Shown here: piece after piece, positions 20,940 through 31,257 of the stretch
How the letters are laid out: every line of letters starts with the position of its first letter
Numbering within the stretch: position 1 is the stretch's first letter
Assembly (NCBI GenBank): GCA_964291215.2
Contig: OZ219791.1
Location: forward strand, 2,880,001 to 2,944,000
Direction: 5' to 3'
Length of the DNA stretch: 64,000 nt
From: Alphaproteobacteria bacterium
GTDB taxonomy: Bacteria > Pseudomonadota > Alphaproteobacteria > MPNO01 > UBA830
The notes under the pieces: generated by a model
What the model saw: only the letters and a program-made list of their open reading frames with translations
What the model was told of the DNA's origin: nothing
Database searches by the model: none
Program-made: the position numbers and the translations under genes

Positions 20940-21330
20940 AGCGGCCCCCACTTGCGGGATCGTCTCTTCGCGAAGTATCTCTCGACATAGCCGATGCAGC
21001 GTTTCCCGTGGCCGGCACGCTCGATGATCTTCGAACGGGCGAGATGCGGCGTCCCGGGCCTGGCAGGCTGACGACGGCCCCCGGCAAGCGCCGCAGCGGA
21101 CCTTCCTTCCGGTCTGCCTCGGCCTGCCCGGAGAGGGCCTCGGCGGCCTCCGGCGGGCGCACCGCTCGTCCGGCGCCGGAAGCGATGGCAGGGTGTGCTG
21201 CGGGCCATCTTCGAACGGCGCGCGTCCGGCGGCTGTTGCGCATGGCAGAACATGTGGCGGGCAATGGACAGGACTATCTCAAATGCTACGCTCGACAGGT
21301 GTCAAACGACAGGTACGAGAGACGACAGCA

Positions 21331-22422
21331 GTGCGCAAATTCACACGTAACAGGCTCAGCATCGGACTGTTCGGCGCCAATTGCGAAGGCGGTCTTGCGT
21401 GCTCGACCTTTCCGGAGCGCTGGCGGGCGAGTTGGGAGAACTGCCGGGATCTCTCGGTGATGGCTGACGAGGCAGGGCTCGACTTCATGCTGCCGCTCGG
21501 CCGCTGGATCGGCTATGGCGGCGAGACCAATCACAACGGCTCCAACTTCGAGACCATTGCCTGGGCCTCCGGCATCCTCGCCTCGACCAAGCGGATCATG
21601 GCGTTCGGCACCGTGCATGTGACGGCGCACAGCCCCGTGGTGGCCGCCAAGCAGATGGTCACCGCCGATCATGTCGGCGGCGGGCGCTTCGGGCTCAACA
21701 TCGTGTGCGGCTGGTACCAGAAGGAATTCGACATGCTCGGTGTTGATCTCGGCGATCACGCGCGGCGCTACGATCTCGGCCAGGAATGGATCGACCTGGT
21801 CGGACGCATCTGGAGCGAGAGCGAGCCGTTCGATTTCGAAGGGGAGTTCTTCCGCACGAGAAACACGGTGTTGGAGCCGAAACCCGTGGGCGGGACGCGC
21901 CCCATGGTCGTCAGTGCCGGCACCTCGGGGCGGGGTCGGGAGTTCGCGCTCCGTAACGCCGACATGCTCTTCAACGTCTTCTACGATCTCGAGACCATGC
22001 GTTCGGACAACGCGGAACTGCGTGCCGAGGCGCGCCGGCAGGGGCGGGAAGTCGGCCTGTTCACGAATGTCGGCGTGGTCTGCCGTCCAACACGAAGGCA
22101 GGCCGAGGACTACCATCACTACTATGCCGTCGAGCACGCCGATAGAGAGGCCTGCCGGGTGATGATGGTAGAACGCGGCCTCGACCGGCCAGAGGTCCCG
22201 GAGGAGGTACGGCAGCGGTTCAGCCTCCGGGCTGCCACGGCAAACGGCGCCACCCCGGTGGTCGGGGATCCGGACGACATCGCGGAGGCGCTGGCGGCGA
22301 TGGCCGAAGCCGGGTGCGACGCCCTTGCCATAGGCTTGCCGAACTACCTGGATGACCTGCCGATCCTGATCGAGGAGGTTCTGCCGCGCCTCGAAGCGCG
22401 GGGGCTGCGGACCAGGCCGTGA
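21331..22422 (+). CDS. Luciferase-like (LLM) flavin-dependent monooxygenase
   Basis: ADEAGLDFMLPLGRWIGYGG, FGTVHV, GRFGLNIVCGW, AGTSGRGREFA; GTG start inferred. Confidence 0.9.
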   Translation: MRKFTRNRLSIGLFGANCEGGLACSTFPERWRASWENCRDLSVMADEAGLDFMLPLGRWIGYGGETNHNGSNFETIAWASGILASTKRIMAFGTVHVTAHSPVVAAKQMVTADHVGGGRFGLNIVCGWYQKEFDMLGVDLGDHARRYDLGQEWIDLVGRIWSESEPFDFEGEFFRTRNTVLEPKPVGGTRPMVVSAGTSGRGREFALRNADMLFNVFYDLETMRSDNAELRAEARRQGREVGLFTNVGVVCRPTRRQAEDYHHYYAVEHADREACRVMMVERGLDRPEVPEEVRQRFSLRAATANGATPVVGDPDDIAEALAAMAEAGCDALAIGLPNYLDDLPILIEEVLPRLEARGLRTRP

Positions 22423-22507
22423 CGCGAAGCCGGGCCGCGCGGTTGCCAGGCGCATGGGTCCGGCGGGGATGGCATCCCCGGTTCGGGAACCGGGCGGGAG
22501 GCTGAAC

Positions 22508-23566
22508 ATGCAATCGAAACTGTCGGCATTCGGAATCGCGTTCGGTATAGCGGCGCTGAGCGTGTACCTGCTGGTGACCGGGCGGGAACTGCTGGTTCCG
22601 CTCGCCATCGCGGTCATGGTCTGGTACCTGATCAACGCGCTGTCGCGGTCGATCAGCCGCTACGCGCGGGCGCCCGGCTGGCTCGCCCTCACTTGCGCGA
22701 TAGTGGCCATCCTCGTCGTGATCGCGCTGATCGTCGAGATGATCAGCGGCAATGTCGAGGCCGTGCGCACGGCCGCGCCGGCATACCAGGCGAACATCGA
22801 GAGACTGATTGCCGGTGGAACGGCGCTGTTCGGGTTGCACGAGGTGCCGAGCTTCGGTCAGATACTCGACCAGTTCGACGTGCGCGCCGCCATTGGCTGG
22901 ATCGCGGGTGCGGTCGCGAACGTGGCCGGCAGCGCCGGGCTAATCCTGATCTACGTCATCTTCCTGCTCTCGGAACAGCGGACTTTCAGACGCAAGCTGA
23001 CGGCGCTGTTTCCCGAGCCGGGGCGCCGCGGCGAGGTCGAAAAGATCTTCCTTCACATCCAGGAACGCACCCAGACCTATGTCGCGGTGAAAACCCTGCT
23101 CAGCTTTGCCACTGGCCTTGCGAGCTATGTTGTGCTGATCGCGGTCGGCGTCGATCTCGCCGGCTTCTGGGCATTCCTCATTTTTCTGCTGAACTACATT
23201 CCGACGATCGGGTCACTGCTTGGCGTTGTGTTCCCGGCGTTGCTGACGATCATTCAGTTCGGCGAGCTTGCCCCGTTCCTGGTCGTCGTGGTCGCGCTTG
23301 GGGCGCTGCAGATGGTGATCGGGAACGTGATCGAGCCGCGCATGATGGGCAAGTCGCTGAACCTGTCGCCGCTCGTGGTCATACTGTCGCTGGCGATATG
23401 GGGCTCGCTCTGGGGCGCGACGGGCATGTTCCTGTGCGTTCCCATGACCGTGATCCTGATGATCGTCCTCGCCGAATTCGACCAGACCCGCCCCATCGCC
23501 ATCCTGCTGAGCGCCGATGGAGACGTCTACAGGCCGGGATCAGCCGAAGAACCCGATCAGGCGTAG
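22508..23566 (+). CDS. AI-2E family transporter
   Basis: LVPLAIA, FLLNYIPTIGS, GNVIEPRMMGKSLNLSP, WGATGMFL.VP. Confidence 0.92.
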   Translation: MQSKLSAFGIAFGIAALSVYLLVTGRELLVPLAIAVMVWYLINALSRSISRYARAPGWLALTCAIVAILVVIALIVEMISGNVEAVRTAAPAYQANIERLIAGGTALFGLHEVPSFGQILDQFDVRAAIGWIAGAVANVAGSAGLILIYVIFLLSEQRTFRRKLTALFPEPGRRGEVEKIFLHIQERTQTYVAVKTLLSFATGLASYVVLIAVGVDLAGFWAFLIFLLNYIPTIGSLLGVVFPALLTIIQFGELAPFLVVVVALGALQMVIGNVIEPRMMGKSLNLSPLVVILSLAIWGSLWGATGMFLCVPMTVILMIVLAEFDQTRPIAILLSADGDVYRPGSAEEPDQA

Positions 23567-24931
23567 CCACAGGAACTGCAGGGGCAGCATAACGAACGAG
23601 GCGACCATCGCCATGGCGAGCAACAGCAGCGCGAGCCTGCCGGCGGATGCGCTGACGATGTGTGCGGCGAGGATCCATGGCGGGAACTGATAGGCGAACG
23701 GCGCCATTGCCCAGCTCAGCGGCTGCGTCATCAGCACCGTGAGAAGCGGCCAGCCGGTCGCCGCCGCGATGTCGGGCATCAGCGTCGTCATGATGGCCGG
23801 CTGGCCCGGCAGCGTCGTGACTACCGCCATCGCGGCGCTTGCAACCGTAACGGCAACGAAATTGGCGAAGTCGGCGCCGTCGGCGAGCGGTGCGACGACG
23901 AACATGGCATCGCTCAGATGGCTGCCCATTCCGGCTTCCGAGACGACGGCGCCCATGCCGATCACGCCGCAGACGAAGAACCATGGTGCGTAGGAGACCT
24001 GGCCCACGACGACGCTTGACGGGATCATGCCGATGCGGGGAAGCATGCAGGCAGTGGCGGCGCCGAGCACGATCCACGCGGGCGACACGCCGTGTGCGAA
24101 GTCGGTCATCCAGAGACCGAGGGTGGCGGTCAGTATCAGGGCCAACCTGACGAGTTCGGGCGACGATCCCGCCGTTTCTTCGGTCCCCGGATCCGCAGCG
24201 TCGATCCGGTCGGGGAACAGCTTCGAGATGATCAGGGGAATCGCGGTCACCGAGACCAGGCCGATGACCGGAAAGTTGGCGAGCAGGTACTGGCCGTAGG
24301 TGATCTCGATGCCGTGGACGCTCTCGGCGGCGCCGAGCCAGCCGAGGTTCGGGACTGCCGCCGGAAGAACGCCGAAGCTCGGATAGATGGAACCGGCGGT
24401 CGCGGCGAAGGCGAGGCCGGTGCGCCCGGGGCGGCCCGGCCGCAGCCCGACCCGGTCGGCCATCGCGAGGAAGATGGGCAGCATGATGACGACGCGGCCG
24501 GTATTCGATGGCAGGGTGAAGCACAGCACCATGCCCGTCATCGTCGCGCCGAGGAGCAGCCCCGTGTAGCTCTTCGGGAATATGCGCAGCAATTGCCCCG
24601 CGAGAACCTTTCCGAAACCGGTTTCCTGGACAGCGGCGCCGAGCACGAGCCCGCCGAACACCATCCAGCCTGCGGCCGAGTGAAAGCCGGAGAACACGGT
24701 CGCGGGGCCAGCGTCGGTCAGCGTCATGGCGAGCAGGAAGAAGATCAGCGCCGTGAAGTACTCCGGCAGCGCAGCCGTCGCCCAGAGCGAAATCGCGACG
24801 ATCACGACGCCTGCGGTGCGCAGCATTCCGGGCGAGAATCCGTCCGGCGGCGGAAGGAAGAACACGGCAGTCCCCGCCGCAATGCCCAGCCACGCGATCA
24901 CGACCGGGATCCGGTGGGTCCGCTTGTCCAT
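23540..24931 (-). CDS. SLC13/DASS family permease
   Basis: Polytopic membrane protein; LWAT.ALPEY.TAL, FSGF.S...W, LPSNTGR, AVPN, PFAYQFPP. Confidence 0.85.
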   Translation of the reverse strand: MDKRTHRIPVVIAWLGIAAGTAVFFLPPPDGFSPGMLRTAGVVIVAISLWATAALPEYFTALIFFLLAMTLTDAGPATVFSGFHSAAGWMVFGGLVLGAAVQETGFGKVLAGQLLRIFPKSYTGLLLGATMTGMVLCFTLPSNTGRVVIMLPIFLAMADRVGLRPGRPGRTGLAFAATAGSIYPSFGVLPAAVPNLGWLGAAESVHGIEITYGQYLLANFPVIGLVSVTAIPLIISKLFPDRIDAADPGTEETAGSSPELVRLALILTATLGLWMTDFAHGVSPAWIVLGAATACMLPRIGMIPSSVVVGQVSYAPWFFVCGVIGMGAVVSEAGMGSHLSDAMFVVAPLADGADFANFVAVTVASAAMAVVTTLPGQPAIMTTLMPDIAAATGWPLLTVLMTQPLSWAMAPFAYQFPPWILAAHIVSASAGRLALLLLAMAMVASFVMLPLQFLWLRLIGFFG

Positions 24932-25056
24932 CGTGACAGGATGTTGAAGCCTCTGAATTCTGTCAAACGCGGCGCGGGTTCGCCCCGGTGGAGCATCGTG
25001 CGGGTCATTGTCTCGTTCCGGGTTCTGGGCTATTCGGGTGCGCAGTGGAGGGTGCG

Positions 25057-26658
25057 ATGAACAACGCCGAACTTCTCGTCCGGATACTCAAGGCGTCGGG
25101 CGTCAGCCATGGATTCGGGGTGCCCAGCGGCAACGTGCTGCCGCTGATGGAGGCGATGCGCGCGCATGACCTGCCCTTCGTGCTGACGGCGCATGAGGGG
25201 TCCGCCGGTTTCGCTGCCGATGTCATGGGACGCCTCACCGGTGCGCCCGGCCTTGCTGTTGCCACCCTCGGGCCAGGCGCGACCAACCTGGCGACGGGTG
25301 TCGGCGACGCCTTCCTTGACCGATCGCCGATGATCGCCGTGACCTGCAATCTCGACGTTGCTCAGCACGGCCGGCGCATCCAGATGTACATTGATCATCA
25401 CAGGCTGTTCGCGCCGATCACCAAGGCCAGCCTCGGGCTGCGCCAGGGCAGTGTCGCTGCGACAACCGCCGAGGCGCTGCGAATCGCGCTCGCCGAACCG
25501 GCCGGTCCCGTACATCTTGACCTGCCCGAGGACGTGGCGCTGGCTCCTGCGGTCGAAGAGATGCCGGCGCCCGCTATTCCCGAACCTCCGGCCGCGGCAG
25601 GCGGCGACGCGATTGCGGCAGCGCTGGCGGTGCTGCGTCGCGCTTCGCGACCGATTGCCGTCATCGGCGCCAGCGCCATGCGGATGGCGGATGTGGAGCT
25701 TCTCCTCCGCTTCATCGAGAAACACGGCATTCCGTTCGCCTCGACGACGATGGCGAAAGGCCTGATCGACGAGGCTCATCCGCTGTCGATCGGCTGCATC
25801 GAACGGGCCAGGCGCCAGATCCAGCGCCGCTTCCTGCGCCGCGCCGACCTGGTGATCGGGCTCGGCTATGACACCGTGGAAGTCGAATACGAAGCCTGGA
25901 TCGGAGATGTCGAACTGCTCCATGTCGACATCGAGGAGGCCGATATCGCGCCGTCCGTTCGATTGGAATCGGACGTGATCGGGAACCTCGACAATTCGTT
26001 GGCGGCGCTCTCCGACGCTTCGGCTGCCGACAATGGCTGGAATCTGCAGGAAATCGCGGCCCATCGCGACGCGTTCCAGTCGGCGCTGCGGCCCGATGTT
26101 GCGGCATTCGCGCCCCATCAGGCAATCGACATCGTCCGCGAGGTTTTGCCTCCGGATGGCATCCTCACCTTCGATGTCGGTGCCCACACTCACCAGATTG
26201 CCGGCCAGTGGATCGCACATGCGCCGCGGCGGTTCTTGATCACCAACGGTTGGTCCTCGATGGGATTCGGACTTCCGTCGGCGGTCGCGGCCAAGCTCGC
26301 CCGGCCCGACCTGCCCGTGGTCTGCGTGATCGGCGACGGGTGTTTCCAGATGACCTGCGGGGAACTCGCCGCAGCGCGGCGGCTCGGGCTCTGCCTGCCG
26401 GTTGTCGTGCTTGACGACCGCTGGCTCGGCCTCATCAAGGTCAAGCAGGAGCGCCGCCAGCTACCGATTTACGGTACCGCGCTGCAGGACGACGAATATC
26501 GTGATCCGCCAGAGCATTATTTCGGGGTGCCGGCGGTCGGCGTGCGCGACGGGCCGGCGCTTCGCCGCGCGCTGGCCGACGCATTGCGTGCGGCCGGTCC
26601 AACCGTGATCGAGGCCGTAGTCGATGCCGACCACTATTCCGAGACCGTGTTCGACTGA
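25057..26658 (+). CDS. ThDP-dependent enzyme, acetolactate synthase-like
   Basis: FGVPSG, HEGSAGFAA, TLGPGATN, GPVHLDLPED, NGWSSMGFG, GDGCF. Confidence 0.92.
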   Translation: MNNAELLVRILKASGVSHGFGVPSGNVLPLMEAMRAHDLPFVLTAHEGSAGFAADVMGRLTGAPGLAVATLGPGATNLATGVGDAFLDRSPMIAVTCNLDVAQHGRRIQMYIDHHRLFAPITKASLGLRQGSVAATTAEALRIALAEPAGPVHLDLPEDVALAPAVEEMPAPAIPEPPAAAGGDAIAAALAVLRRASRPIAVIGASAMRMADVELLLRFIEKHGIPFASTTMAKGLIDEAHPLSIGCIERARRQIQRRFLRRADLVIGLGYDTVEVEYEAWIGDVELLHVDIEEADIAPSVRLESDVIGNLDNSLAALSDASAADNGWNLQEIAAHRDAFQSALRPDVAAFAPHQAIDIVREVLPPDGILTFDVGAHTHQIAGQWIAHAPRRFLITNGWSSMGFGLPSAVAAKLARPDLPVVCVIGDGCFQMTCGELAAARRLGLCLPVVVLDDRWLGLIKVKQERRQLPIYGTALQDDEYRDPPEHYFGVPAVGVRDGPALRRALADALRAAGPTVIEAVVDADHYSETVFD

Positions 26659-26739
26659 TGGCTCCGCTGCTCCAGGGGGCGAGGCTTTGCGGTGGGTCCG
26701 TTGTGATATGATGGGACATCGAGATTCATAAGTGAAAGG

Positions 26740-27255
26740 ATGTCGAAGATGGTTTACACGCTTGAGCGATTCGCCGCCGATTGCCGTGCGGCGCTGGACA
26801 GGGATCCCGGACCGGTGGGGCGCGAGGAAATCCGGAAGTTCACCGAAAGGGCATGCGCCGACCGCGAATTCGTTTACACCCATCTCGGACCGGACAATAC
26901 GACTGGGCGCCAGATTCTCTACGAGGACGACAGGCACAGGTTTTGCATCCTTGCCCATGTCTACGAGGGCGCGAGGAACTCGCCGCCGCATGACCACGGT
27001 CCGAGCTGGGCGATCTACGGCCAGGCCGAGGGCGTGACCACCATGAGAGATTGGGAGAAGATTGCCGAACCGACGGACGGCGAGCCCGGCAAGGTTCGGG
27101 AGAAGGCCGTATACGATCTGACGCCGGGCAAGGCGCACCTTTACAACGAGGGCGATCTGCACGCGCCCAGCCGCGTCGACACCACACGCCTCATCCGCAT
27201 CGAAGGCCGGGATCTGACCGGCGTTCACCGCGACCGCTACGTCGTCACCGAATAG
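26740..27255 (+). CDS. Cysteine dioxygenase-like cupin
   Basis: SPPHDHG.SWAIYG...G and GDLH three-His pattern. Confidence 0.7.
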   Translation: MSKMVYTLERFAADCRAALDRDPGPVGREEIRKFTERACADREFVYTHLGPDNTTGRQILYEDDRHRFCILAHVYEGARNSPPHDHGPSWAIYGQAEGVTTMRDWEKIAEPTDGEPGKVREKAVYDLTPGKAHLYNEGDLHAPSRVDTTRLIRIEGRDLTGVHRDRYVVTE

Positions 27256-27385
27256 GGCCGGCCAACAGCGCGACCGTCCTGCGCCACGCTGCTGCGCCAT
27301 GGTGGGGCGCGGCGATACTGGCCGTGGCGCCGGGCCGTGCGGCGCGCGTCGATGACACCACCACTGCGAGAGGCGCTGACGATTT

Positions 27386-27985
27386 GTAAGCGTTCGTTCG
27401 TGCGGTGATGACGATCTGCGCCGAGGTTTATTCTGGTGACTGCAAGAAGGGGGCCGACAACCCGAATTCGGCAGTGCTACCAAGTCGTGCATGGTGATGT
27501 GCGTCGAGGATTTCGTGTCATCATCGGGTGCGGGCGCCGCTGGCGACGTGCCGCAGTCGTTGTGTTGTGATTCGGGCACCTGGAAGTCCCGGTACGATTG
27601 CGAGCGTATTCGAGCCGAAGCGGCGGAAGCCCGTGTGGCGGCTGCGGCCAGCAGCGCGGCACTCCTGGCCATGGCCGCACACCGCGGCCGGCGCTTGAGG
27701 AGGTGGAGGAGCGGCTGGAGGTGGCGGAGGACGCACCCATCTGCTCGTGCTGCGGCGCGCCCTGCGTTGCCAACGGTTCGCATCAGGATCATCGAGATCA
27801 AGGAGCACAAGCGGCGGATTGTCCGCCTGCGCTGGCGCCGGCTGTTTCCCGGCACCGCATTCGGGTGTGGACGCATGTGCTGCATGCGGCCCTTGCGTCG
27901 CGGGCTGGCTGACCAGGGGCTTGCGGTTTTGCCGGGAACACTGGCCGGCTGCATGAGCCGGATCTTTCAACGGGACGTGCTTAAT
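27386..27985 (+). mobile_element. IS66-family remnant (left end plus truncated tnpC)
   Basis: GTAAGCGTTCG end at 27386; GHGRTPRPALEE..CSCCGAPC zinc finger, IIEIK.HKRRIVR, LADQGL..PGTL. Confidence 0.75.
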
Positions 27986-27989
27986 TCGG

Positions 27990-29500
27990 GGTTCATGAGC
28001 ATCCATGTTTCCTGGCAAGGTTTTTGCGGGTGTCCGCGGTGATGTTTTCCGTGGTTGTCCACATGCGGTCCGGGGTACCGCTTCGCCGATGTCCTGCGAG
28101 CGAGGCGACATGCAGCTTGTAGTTCCGGCGGCGGGTTGCCGTCCATTGCTCAAGGTCACGTGAGCGCGGCCACCTTGCCGCCCAGCGTCCCCGGGCATGA
28201 TAACGTTACCGTTGTCAATGGAGTTCCGGGTGTCCCGTCCGTAGCCGCGCGGCGGTTCGATGTCCTCGAGAGCCTCGATGTCGGCCTCGACGATGATCTG
28301 CAGACGTTCTCCGCAAGCCGTGTCGCGCGGGGAGACTGCCGAGACAGTGCTCCTGCAACGCACCGAGCCACCGCATCGCGCCAGCGTTGCGTACGGAAAC
28401 GACGGGGCTTTCCGTGGGCGGGGATTTGCGGCGTTCCCGATAACGGCGCTGCTTCTCGGCAGGGGCGAGAGCCGCGTTTCCTTCGCTCGCTCACCGGTGC
28501 TTCGGGCGACCAGCAGCGTTGCTGTCGCAGCAAGGCGTTCGCCAGAGCTTGCGCATCACGGCGACAATCGCGACCTTGCTTGCCGGCGGTCTCGAGGCGT
28601 TCGAACACCAGGTCCGCGTTGAAGCGTGCCGCCGAGGTCGCGGCCATGAACAGGAGATCGCGTGGCCTTCTGCGCCTGCCTCGGATGTGCCGGGCACCGT
28701 GGTCGTTGGCCATCGGCGCCACCCCGATCAAGGCTGCCGAGTTCGGGCATCCAGAAGGGCGGCGGCGGTCACCGGATCGAGGTCAGGATGCCGTACCTCT
28801 GCTCGGGATCACCGCTTTGATCGCCGCACCGGCGATCATCGAGATCGGCCAGGCCCTTGTGACGGTCTCGCCATCCACCACATCTGCCACCTGCCTGGCG
28901 TCGACAAGCGCGGCACCAGGAGATCCTCCACGCTCTTGAGGAAGGCACCCTGAGGAGCTACAGGCTCGAGATCGCACCGTGCCGATCCTGGCCAGCGTCG
29001 ACGCGGTTGGCCAGATGGCCCAACGCTTCGGCGAAGCCCGCAGCGGGCAGGACAACCTCGAAGCCCCGGTCATGAAGACACTGGTAAACCCTGCGGTGAT
29101 AGCGGCCTGTCGCCCACCACACGGGTCACCTCGAGGCTGCGAAGCCACGTGCCCGCCAGCTCGCGGCGTCGTTCGCAAAACGACGCGCTGCCGCACGGAC
29201 TGGCCTTGCTGACCCCTGCTACTACCTTGACCATTGTCCCTTGCTCCTCGCCTTGTGATGATACGGTTCAAACTCGGGCATCCATTCAGGACGCCAGGGG
29301 AGGTTGGCCGACCACGCTCGGGAACGGCTCTGCAAAGCCAGGGGCGAAACGGCAACCTCCGCGGAGATCGTCTGATCCCCGCTCCCCCGTGCGTGTTCGC
29401 ACAGGGGAGCGGAATCTCTCTGCAACCGGGTACTCTCCCACAGTCGAGGTTGTCCACATTTTCCCGCCCCCGACCGCTGTGGATGACTTCATGATCACGG
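27990..29500 (-). mobile_element. Degenerate nested element, copy 2 (inverted relative to 473-1757)
   Basis: Reverse-complement match to 473-1757; outer ORF remnant SPAEKQRRYRERRK..RWRDAV..IEPPRGYGRD. Confidence 0.78.
28480..29234 (-). pseudogene. IS110-family transposase remnant
   Basis: MVKVVAGV-SKAS, LIGVAPMANDHGARHIRGRRRRPRDLLFMAATSAARFNADLVFERL..AGK. Confidence 0.82.
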
Positions 29501-29539
29501 GGATACAACCCGGTCATACAAGGCCGTACATAGTGGCCC

Positions 29540-29830
29540 ATGGAATTGGCTTTCGACATCTGTCCGCGACGACGGTTGATTGGCTGAAGGCGGCGTCGGT
29601 TGCCGAGGACAGCACGCCCTGGCGCAGGGATTGTGCGAGCGCGAGGACTGGCGCAACGCGAAGGGCGACCTGTGCCTTGCCCCCGCGCTCGACATCGTCA
29701 TGCGCGTGACCGCAATCCTGCCCAAACTCCACGAAACGGGCTCGCCAGGTCAGTCGGGAACGCTGAAACAACGCAACGGTCTGACGCTGCCCCCGCCACT
29801 TGGCCTGAGCTGCCCAAAACCGCGTGGTTG
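29540..29830 (+). pseudogene. N-terminal remnant of a DUF4338-like IS-associated protein
   Basis: LSATTVDWLKAA.., HALAQGLCEREDWRNAKGDLC..ILPKL, frameshifted. Confidence 0.5.
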
Positions 29831-30066
29831 CGCGGCAGCGGCTGTCATCCGGAGCGCAATAGGGTTGATCTCAGATCCTCGTCAGACGATATTGATGTCG
29901 AATGGCAGGGCACTTGGGGAATGTCGGGTGGAGTTTCTGCCAACTCCTGGCCGTCTGGCGGGAGGGGCTTGTGGATGCCGAGCGCTGCCCATGTCAACCG
30001 TCGCACGGCGGGTATATTCTTGGTCGCAAGCGGGCCCGCGGCCGCATCGCAAAGGGAGGAACAGCA

Positions 30067-31251
30067 ATGAACCAGATGCAATGGACGCGCCGCGCGTTCA
30101 TGTATGCGACATCGAGCATAGGCGCGGCTGCAATGTTGGGGCGGATTCCGGGTGCCTCTGCCGCCGATGGCCAGGTGCTCAAGATCTGGGCCAATCCGGG
30201 CGTGCACAAGGTCGGCGCCAAGGACTGGAGCGCCATGGAGGCGCAAGGCGGCATTGACATCGCCGCGACTGCGAAGAGCGCTCGCGCCGACGAGGCGATC
30301 CAGAAGATGGTCGTGGGCGACGGCAACAAGCTCTTCGATGCGGTCACCGACAACGGCGGCGGCATGGAAGACGCGCTCGCCTCGCAGGGTGCCATCGTGC
30401 CGCTCGACACGGGCCAGATCCCCAACTGGAAGAACATACTGCCCGTCTACAACGAAGGCGGTCTCGCCGCTCACACCATCCGCTATGAGGGCCAGGTCTA
30501 TTCGACGCCGATGATCTCGAATGCTGATTCGATGGCATACGACTACAAGGCGCTGGGTTTCCATCCGGACAGCTGGGGCATCATGTTCGATTCCCAGTTC
30601 AAGGGCCGCGTTGCGCTGCAGAACGATTTCGGGCCAACGCTCACCAATATGGCCATTTACCTCAAGGAAAGCGGCAAGATCGAGATCGAGAACCCCTCCG
30701 ACATGAATCCCAAGGAGGTGCAGGCGGTCTGCGAATTCCTGATCGACTGGAAGAAGAAGGGCCAGTTCCGCACCTTCTGGGACGGGTTCCAGAACGGCGT
30801 CGGCATCCTGGCCAGCGGCGAAGTGCTGATGTCGTCCTGCTGGGAGCCGATCCAGATCATCGCCAGCCGCAAGACCGGCGACAAGGCCGACATCCGCTAC
30901 GGCACCATGAAGGAAGGCCACCAGACCTGGAACAACATGATCATGTTGACCAAGGGCGGGCGCGAGCGCGGCGCGGACAAACTCTACTACAAGCTCGCCA
31001 ATGTCTATCTCTCGCCGTGGTTCGGTGCGCGGACCCTGTCGGGACTGGGATTTGCGCCGCAGATGATGGGCGTGGACGAGTATATCAAGGCGCACCCGGA
31101 AGATTTCGCGCCCGATGTGCAGGAGGTCGTGCTCGACATCCTCACGCGCAAGAACGCCCGTTTCGCCGTCAAGGGCAATGCGTGGCAGAACGTCTTCCCG
31201 ACCCACATCCGGGCCTATCAGGACTGGTGGGCGCGCCTCCAGGCCGCCTGA
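30067..31251 (+). CDS. Polyamine/PotD-like ABC substrate-binding protein with Tat signal
   Basis: RBS ggagg; TRRAFM Tat motif; PLDTGQIPNWKNI, DSWGIMFD..FKGRVAL. Confidence 0.88.
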   Translation: MNQMQWTRRAFMYATSSIGAAAMLGRIPGASAADGQVLKIWANPGVHKVGAKDWSAMEAQGGIDIAATAKSARADEAIQKMVVGDGNKLFDAVTDNGGGMEDALASQGAIVPLDTGQIPNWKNILPVYNEGGLAAHTIRYEGQVYSTPMISNADSMAYDYKALGFHPDSWGIMFDSQFKGRVALQNDFGPTLTNMAIYLKESGKIEIENPSDMNPKEVQAVCEFLIDWKKKGQFRTFWDGFQNGVGILASGEVLMSSCWEPIQIIASRKTGDKADIRYGTMKEGHQTWNNMIMLTKGGRERGADKLYYKLANVYLSPWFGARTLSGLGFAPQMMGVDEYIKAHPEDFAPDVQEVVLDILTRKNARFAVKGNAWQNVFPTHIRAYQDWWARLQAA

Positions 31252-31257
31252 CGGGTC

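Noticed and set aside
20940-21330. Possible degraded gene on the minus strand (..SKIIERAGHGKRCIGYVERYF..)
   Set aside because: No recognisable family; cannot be supported
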